Shown one piece after another: positions 55,968 through 61,430 of a stretch of 61,430 nucleotides of DNA. The notes under the pieces were generated by a model. It was not told where the DNA came from. It searched no databases and saw nothing but the letters and a program-made list of their open reading frames with translations. How positions within the stretch are numbered: position 1 is the first letter of the stretch; every line of letters starts with the position of its first letter. This DNA comes from a virus (taxonomy: Duplodnaviria; Caudoviricetes). A program made the translations under genes and the position numbers. Where the stretch lies: the IMG/VR virus record IMGVR_UViG_3300025574_000085, positions 1 to 61,430 of that record. The stretch is one strand, 5' to 3'.

Positions 55968-57386
55968 TCACGGTCGGCCATTCAGCGCACGCCGCGCACT
56001 GGCTGGCCGCGGCGTCGGCCTCGTCCCGTTCCCGCCATCACCAGGACTGGTGCTGCCGACCGGCAGGCGGGGCATTGACGGCGGCAGGGGGTCGGCGGTC
56101 GCGCCCGGCTGGCCGGGCTGCGGCAGAAGATGCTGCACGTTCCCGGCCGGGAGCTGGGGCGGGACGTCAGCCACCTTCAGCTGGCCCATGTCACCCGCCT
56201 CGATCGCGTCGACCGCGCTCATCTTGTCGTACCCGGCCTGGCCGAGGGCCAGGAGAGCCTGCGCGCGGATCAGGGTCACCTGCGCCCGGACCTGCTCACC
56301 GTCCTGCAGCGCCGCGATGCTGGAGGTGTCCACCCACAGCCGGGACCCGGTGGGCAGATCCGGGACAAGAGGCTCCAGCGCCCCGCACAGCGACCGCCAC
56401 AACGGCCGCAGCGTCAGGTCACCGAAACGGCGGATCACTTCCTGATACGACTTCCCGGCGCCCTTGATGGACTCCAGGCCGATCAGCAGCGGCGGCACAC
56501 CGGCGGCGGCCAGAATGCGCTCGATGCCCAGCCCCATGACGCTCGTGAAATCGATCTGCTGCATGCTGTTGCCGACCGCTACCAGGTCCGCGCCCTGGTC
56601 CAGGATCAGGGTCTTGCCCGCGTTGGTCGTGCCGCCGTAGCGGGCGGACATCCGCTCCCGGATCGAATCCACCGTGCCCGGCTGAAGCTTCTGCGCGTAC
56701 TTGATGACCAGGTTCGGGGTTGCGTTGGCATCCAGGTAGCGGATCTTGTACTGGGCCATCCCGTCGTCGCCCTGAATGTCCCGCATCACCGGGGTCAGCC
56801 AGGACATGCCGCGGAAGTCGGCCTGCGGGTCCGGGATAGGCGCCCAGTGGGCCACCTCGGCGGCCTGGTACAGCTGGCCCTTGCCCCGGTCCAGGACGCT
56901 CTTCGGCGGTTCCACCCAGTAGCCGACCTTGCGGCGGTACTGGCCGCCGCCGGGCACCTGGACCAGCTCGGAGATGATCGTGGTCCAGTCGGGGCGCAGC
57001 CGGACCAGCACGTCCTCGCCAGGGGGTGCCCAGGTGTAGGAATTGCCGGCCACGCTGGCGTCCTGCTCACAGCGGGCGATCAGCTCACCGGAGGTCGAGT
57101 CCGGGCCCCACGGATGCTCCAGTACCGCCAGGGACTGGTTGCCGTACAGGTGCTTGTCATCCTTGGCCTGGAACTGGAACTGCGCTTCGGACAGCAGCAT
57201 CATCCGGACGAGGATCGCGGAGAACACCGGGGAATCGGATGCGTTGGCCTGCTGCGCCCACCCGGAAATCTGCGGCAGGATCGACTCACGGTCCGGGCTG
57301 CCGTACGTGGTCGTCAGGACCGCCGCGCCGCTCGCCTGGCCCTCAAAGAAGCCGCTCCGCGAGAGCAGGCGGTCAAGGAGCCTCAC
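55968..57386 (-). CDS. portal protein (HK97-like)
   Basis: GNSY...LRPDW...GMSWL...NATP...NAGKTLILDQG...GVPP. Confidence 0.92.
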   Translation of the reverse strand: MRLLDRLLSRSGFFEGQASGAAVLTTTYGSPDRESILPQISGWAQQANASDSPVFSAILVRMMLLSEAQFQFQAKDDKHLYGNQSLAVLEHPWGPDSTSGELIARCEQDASVAGNSYTWAPPGEDVLVRLRPDWTTIISELVQVPGGGQYRRKVGYWVEPPKSVLDRGKGQLYQAAEVAHWAPIPDPQADFRGMSWLTPVMRDIQGDDGMAQYKIRYLDANATPNLVIKYAQKLQPGTVDSIRERMSARYGGTTNAGKTLILDQGADLVAVGNSMQQIDFTSVMGLGIERILAAAGVPPLLIGLESIKGAGKSYQEVIRRFGDLTLRPLWRSLCGALEPLVPDLPTGSRLWVDTSSIAALQDGEQVRAQVTLIRAQALLALGQAGYDKMSAVDAIEAGDMGQLKVADVPPQLPAGNVQHLLPQPGQPGATADPLPPSMPRLPVGSTSPGDGGNGTRPTPRPASARRALNGRP

Positions 57387-57528
57387 GGCGTCCCCTGCGG
57401 CTCATGCTGGCAGTAACACCATCGGCTCGTGCCGGGGGCCATCGCCGGAATCTTGCCCAGGAGCTCGGCGCCGAGACGCATGGTGTCATCGCAGCCGGAG
57501 TGGTAGTCGTTCCGGCATGGCGGGCAGA

Positions 57529-57747
57529 TCACGCGGCGCGCCGGGCCCTCTCCAGCACGCTGGCCACCGTCGGGACCTCGTGCACGGCGGGCTGCGCGCC
57601 GGTGCCGTCGTCATGCAGCAGGGCGTACACGCCGAGGGCCAGGGAATCGAAGATCACCGCGCCGCCCAGGGCGGGCAGGCCGATCAGCGCCGCGCCGCCC
57701 AGGACGCCGGCCAGGGAAGCGATCAAGAGCAGCACAGATGAGCGCAT
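57529..57747 (-). CDS. small membrane protein upstream of portal
   Basis: Two TM segments. Confidence 0.6.
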   Translation of the reverse strand: MRSSVLLLIASLAGVLGGAALIGLPALGGAVIFDSLALGVYALLHDDGTGAQPAVHEVPTVASVLERARRAA

Positions 57748-57761
57748 GTCATCTCCCCTGG

Positions 57762-58142
57762 CTAGAGTCGGTCGCTTGCCTTTTCGAACCAGCTGCGCAC
57801 ACCGTCCTGAAACAACTTCAGGTCAGTGGGCTTGTCCTTGCCGAACGGATACCGGACGGTCTTCGGGTCCATTGGGTCGCTTAGGCCATGGACGATCAGG
57901 ACGGTGCACTGATCAAGGCTGTTCAGCGCCTCAAGGGCACGCTCCTGCGCGCGCTCAACGGACCTGCCGGGCGGTTTCCACTCGACGACCAGAAACTGCC
58001 CGCGCCGCTCGACCAGGCCGTCAATGTCGCCCATCTTGCAGGGGCTCAGGGCGTCATTGAGCACGCTCCAGTCGGGCAGGCACGTCCGCTTGTAGCAGCC
58101 ATCCACGCTGCAGTCCCACCGGAAGTTGGGCATGTCAGGCAC
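57762..58142 (-). CDS. putative PD-(D/E)xK nuclease-like protein
   Basis: GDIDGLVE...LVVEWK...Q. Confidence 0.55.
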   Translation of the reverse strand: MPDMPNFRWDCSVDGCYKRTCLPDWSVLNDALSPCKMGDIDGLVERRGQFLVVEWKPPGRSVERAQERALEALNSLDQCTVLIVHGLSDPMDPKTVRYPFGKDKPTDLKLFQDGVRSWFEKASDRL

Positions 58143-58806
58143 GCCTCACAACAGCGCCGTACCGCGCGAACTCGGCGGCAAAGGCGGCCGGATCAGGGCC
58201 GAGGTAGGCGAACACGCTGCCGTGCGTGGACCCGCCGCGTGATGCCGTGCCAGCCCCAAAGTTCAGGCGGCCGTGGGTGAAGCACAGCGTGTGATCCCAC
58301 AGTGGTCTGAACCAGCTGGTATCCGTGCAGTGGGCATTGACCAGCGTGACGGCCGCAGTAACGCGGCCCGCGTCATACTCGCGGGCGAGGTTGACGACGA
58401 ACTCACCGGCCAGCCGCCCATAGGGCGGGTTCAGCCAGACGCGGCCCTTCCACTGATGGCCGAGGCCCGGGTCCGCCTCGCTGTAGAACTGGCCGGCCTG
58501 GACGGTGGCGTTGGCTTCCTCGCAGCTGGCCGGGTCCAGGTCGATGGCGCCCATCACGCGGCGCGCGGCGTCGATGTACTCGGCGGGCGTATACCACTCG
58601 TTCGTCAGCGACTGAGTGACAGCGGCCGTGTTCTTGGACGCTTCGCGCTTCCGGTGCGCCTTGAGACGGCAGTTGGGCGAGCAGAACTCCTGCGCCGCAT
58701 GCCTGCGATTCAGTGGCTCCTTGCATTGCCCGCACCGGCACTTGCATGCGGCGCGGCCACCGTCCGGATACAAACCTTCACAGGTATCGCACTGGCGTTT
58801 CAGCAT
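58135..58806 (-). CDS. phage DNA N6-adenine methyltransferase
   Basis: EWYTP, DLDPAS and VWLNPPY motifs; N-terminal Cys cluster. Confidence 0.85.
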   Translation of the reverse strand: MLKRQCDTCEGLYPDGGRAACKCRCGQCKEPLNRRHAAQEFCSPNCRLKAHRKREASKNTAAVTQSLTNEWYTPAEYIDAARRVMGAIDLDPASCEEANATVQAGQFYSEADPGLGHQWKGRVWLNPPYGRLAGEFVVNLAREYDAGRVTAAVTLVNAHCTDTSWFRPLWDHTLCFTHGRLNFGAGTASRGGSTHGSVFAYLGPDPAAFAAEFARYGAVVRRA

Positions 58807-59104
58807 GGAAACGCCAATGGCGAGTTTGCGTTGTAACGAGAACCGGCCGTTTGCGTTGCCGTACGTGAAACGGATCTAGCGCAGCGCTTCGCCATGAAGA
58901 TTTCCTTCCGGGAATGCGAGAGCCCCCACGGCCCGGAAGTCCGCGAGGGCTCTCTAGCCCCGGTAGCTAGCCGGGGATTCTTGGATAGTGACACCTGTGA
59001 TATCGGTGACACGTTTTGGGTGGGGCTAGACCTGCCAGACGCCGGGGGTGGCCAGTTCCTCCCAGCGGGCGAACGCCCAGCACGCCAGCGTCGCCGCCTC
59101 AGAC

Positions 59105-59626
59105 CTACCAAACCCCCGGCTGTGACAGAACCTCCCAGCCGAGGAACGCCCACACTGCGAGCGTCGCCGCCTCCAGCGGCGACTGATCAACTTGCACGCC
59201 CCGCCGGTCCCACGCCTGCGCGCCAGCCAGGGGACGCTGCTGGGCCGCGCGGACCGCGGCGGTGAGCGGCGGCTGGTCCAGGTGCTCCAGGCCGCCGCCG
59301 TTCACCAGGTCCAGGAACTCCCCGTGCGCGATCGCCACCTCACGCACCGCCGGGGACTTCACCCACACCCCGGCATCAGCCAGCGGGCGCAGCAGCGTCG
59401 CTGACTGCGAGCCGGCATCCACCACCACGGCCAGCGGGTCATGCTTCTCACTCAGTTCCGCCAGCCGCGTGACCGCGCCGGACGGATGGTCATACCACAC
59501 CAGGTCAGCCACAACCCGGCCGGAAGTACCGCGCCCCGCCCCCACGATCGCCGCGTGCTGGCGGCCCTTGGTGTGACAGGTGCAGTGCTCGCTGATCTGG
59601 CAGCCGAACGCGATCTCGCCGCTCAC
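59105..59626 (-). CDS. terminase large subunit, C-terminal nuclease part (separate ORF)
   Basis: VVVD...HLDQPPL.AAV...DQSPLEAATLA; GTG start overlaps the upstream TGA. Confidence 0.7.
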   Translation of the reverse strand: MSGEIAFGCQISEHCTCHTKGRQHAAIVGAGRGTSGRVVADLVWYDHPSGAVTRLAELSEKHDPLAVVVDAGSQSATLLRPLADAGVWVKSPAVREVAIAHGEFLDLVNGGGLEHLDQPPLTAAVRAAQQRPLAGAQAWDRRGVQVDQSPLEAATLAVWAFLGWEVLSQPGVW

Positions 59627-60564
59627 AGCCGCGCATCCCGGTTCACGCACGCCGCCCAGTCGTCCTCGCCGACGACATCCCAGCCGGGCTTAGCCACTTC
59701 CGGCCACTGGCAGCCGTAAGCTCTGCGGAACTCGCTTTCGACCATGAGCCCGAGGTCGGTCCGCACCGTCTCCTCGGTCACCGTGATCCCGAGTGCGGGC
59801 ATCCGCCGACGCCACGTCACCGGGTCCGCCGGGTCCTCATCGTCAGCGAACGAATAGCCGATGTAGCAGCCGTCGGACGTCACGCCCATCTCCGCGCGAG
59901 CCCGGCCGTCCTCGACCTTGGCGCGGAAATACTCCGACGTCTCATCGCCCGCCGCCGACACGATCCACAACTGCGCGTCCCGGGTCATCATCGCCGGGCG
60001 CATCGCCTGCTCCAGGTGGCCATCACGCTGCGCCCACGCCTCATCAATGACGCCCAGGTCCAGGTTGTCGCCGTGGCCGCTCACCTGCGTCCCCGACACG
60101 AGGCCCAGCATCGAGCCGTTCTTAAACAGGTACGCCTCAGACCCGGACCCCTTGCGGACCTCGATGAACCGCCGGAGCCTGGACCGCTCAATGATCGGCC
60201 ACCACACGTCCAGCAGCCGGTGACGGGCATCCAGGCGCGTCTGCGCCGTGTAGGAGATCTGCGTGCCCGGGCGGCGCAGGGCGCGGGCGATCATCATCGA
60301 CAGCAGGTCAACTGTCTTGCCCTGCTGCCGCATCACCTCCAGCACCACCTGGCGGTAAGCGAAGCGGCCGTCGGCGAGCAGCTCGGTCGCGATCGAGTTG
60401 GTGTCGTGCTGCCACGGCATCAGGCCCGGTCCCAGCGGCGTGGCGTAGCCGAGCAGCTCCGCCGTCCTCGCGATCCCCGCCGCCAGATTCGGCCGGCCAG
60501 TGGCCGGGGTCGCGAACCTAGGCTTGCAGGGCGCTGAAGAGGCCGGTGAGGTCGGCGTCGGCAT
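59623..60564 (-). CDS. terL: terminase large subunit, ATPase part
   Basis: LMPWQ, RQQGKT (Walker A), GVIDEAW (Walker B), F.RAY. Confidence 0.9.
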   Translation of the reverse strand: MPTPTSPASSAPCKPRFATPATGRPNLAAGIARTAELLGYATPLGPGLMPWQHDTNSIATELLADGRFAYRQVVLEVMRQQGKTVDLLSMMIARALRRPGTQISYTAQTRLDARHRLLDVWWPIIERSRLRRFIEVRKGSGSEAYLFKNGSMLGLVSGTQVSGHGDNLDLGVIDEAWAQRDGHLEQAMRPAMMTRDAQLWIVSAAGDETSEYFRAKVEDGRARAEMGVTSDGCYIGYSFADDEDPADPVTWRRRMPALGITVTEETVRTDLGLMVESEFRRAYGCQWPEVAKPGWDVVGEDDWAACVNRDARL

Positions 60565-60850
60565 TCTCCGAGCCCTTCGGCATCAGTGCCTGCAGCGTCA
60601 TCCGCAGTTCGCGGGCCACCAGGGAGTTGGCCGGGTCGGCCTCGTGTGCGGCGGCCAGGCGAGACGCCAGGGCGCGGAGCTCGGCCGGAGGGTCGAGCGG
60701 CGGGGCTGGCTGCTGCGGGAGCGAGGTGACGCCGTGCAGGGGCTCGGCCTCGGCGCGGACGGCGGCGCAGCGGCGGCAGAGGGAATGATCGCCCGCTTTG
60801 TGGGCGCGGGCGCGGCGCATACGGAGAGCGTTTGAATCAGCCATAATCAC
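60518..60850 (-). CDS. terminase small subunit-like protein
   Basis: Immediately upstream of terL; LASRL...ARELRMTL helical motif. Confidence 0.6.
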   Translation of the reverse strand: MIMADSNALRMRRARAHKAGDHSLCRRCAAVRAEAEPLHGVTSLPQQPAPPLDPPAELRALASRLAAAHEADPANSLVARELRMTLQALMPKGSENADADLTGLFSALQA

Positions 60851-61058
60851 CCTCCGTTACGTAACGCAGTGTGCCGGCATATATGCGCACGGCTGCGGAG
60901 TCCGCGGACGGCCGATGATCATGGTCGGCGATTCGATGTCCGTCTATATTACCAGGTCACAAGCCTGGATGGTGAATCAGCCGCGGGTGGTCAGTGCCGG
61001 GCGCGGGTGGTCAGGCTACGACCGTCCGGCAATGCCAGCCTTCGCCTGCTACTGACCG

Positions 61059-61430
61059 TCACCACTGCCGCGAACTGGCTGCCAGTTCGCCTGCGTGATA
61101 GTCGCACCTGCCGTCAGTGCTGGCACCGTTGCCGCATCGCTTGCCCTTAGCGCTGACGTTGATGCACAGGCATTCGGTGCACCACCGCCGCGTAGTGCGT
61201 TCGCCGCACCCGGGACACATATGGGCCAGCGAACGCGCGCCGTTATACACGGCTTGCCCTTCGGCCTTTGCCTCAGCGTGTGCCTCGGCCTGCGTCATGC
61301 CGTATCGCGCCTGCAGTTTGTTGACCCTCAGTCGCAGCAGCTGGCATACGCGCGCTGGGCAGACCTCGCGAAGCCGGGCACGTGCCGTCGTTACGCCGAC
61401 CTTGCCGCAGTACCGGCAGGTGTAGTACAT
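61059..61430 (-). CDS. Cys-rich Zn-binding hypothetical protein
   Basis: Several CxxC pairs. Confidence 0.5.
   Translation of the reverse strand: MYYTCRYCGKVGVTTARARLREVCPARVCQLLRLRVNKLQARYGMTQAEAHAEAKAEGQAVYNGARSLAHMCPGCGERTTRRWCTECLCINVSAKGKRCGNGASTDGRCDYHAGELAASSRQW

Larger units (their letters stand above)
1..61430. mobile_element. Temperate actinobacterial siphophage genome, near complete, non-integrated gene order
   Basis: Terminase, portal, protease, capsid, tail tube, tail chaperones, tape measure, lysis, integrase, repressor/cro and replication genes in canonical order; integrase is internal with phage genes on both sides; no host housekeeping genes seen. Confidence 0.9.

Noticed and set aside
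60850-61058. cos/pac site upstream of the small terminase gene (palindromes CGTTACGTAACG, GTCCGCGGAC)
   Set aside because: The position is plausible, but it cannot be supported without read-end data

Overview
This high-GC window looks like an essentially complete ~61 kb temperate actinobacterial siphophage genome in non-integrated gene order. Read on the minus strand from 61430, it runs: terminase, portal, protease, HK97-type capsid, head/fibre module, tail, lysis/accessory genes, a plus-strand AICE-like transfer module, integrase, repressor/cro, then early and replication genes. The most striking feature is a plus-strand cassette (54.5-56.0 kb) just downstream of the portal gene. It holds a stand-alone Cas7/RAMP-like gene and a wHTH gene, interleaved with three arrays of RGC-NN pentamers. 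The variable dinucleotides of the third array spell codon positions 1-2 of the neighbouring portal 3' end. The phage's own copy mismatches at two synonymous Ser/Arg codon-family swaps and one substitution. This points to an RNA-guided system with a gapped recognition code (VIPR-like) that avoids self-targeting. Other notable features are a group I intron splitting the major capsid gene beside a free-standing HNH gene, an FtsK/TraB-DUF2637 module, a repressor-integrase pair of integration-dependent-immunity type, an origin with two DnaA boxes, and a giant virion protein with an interrupted GH26 domain. All product calls come from motif recognition by eye; no database searches were run.
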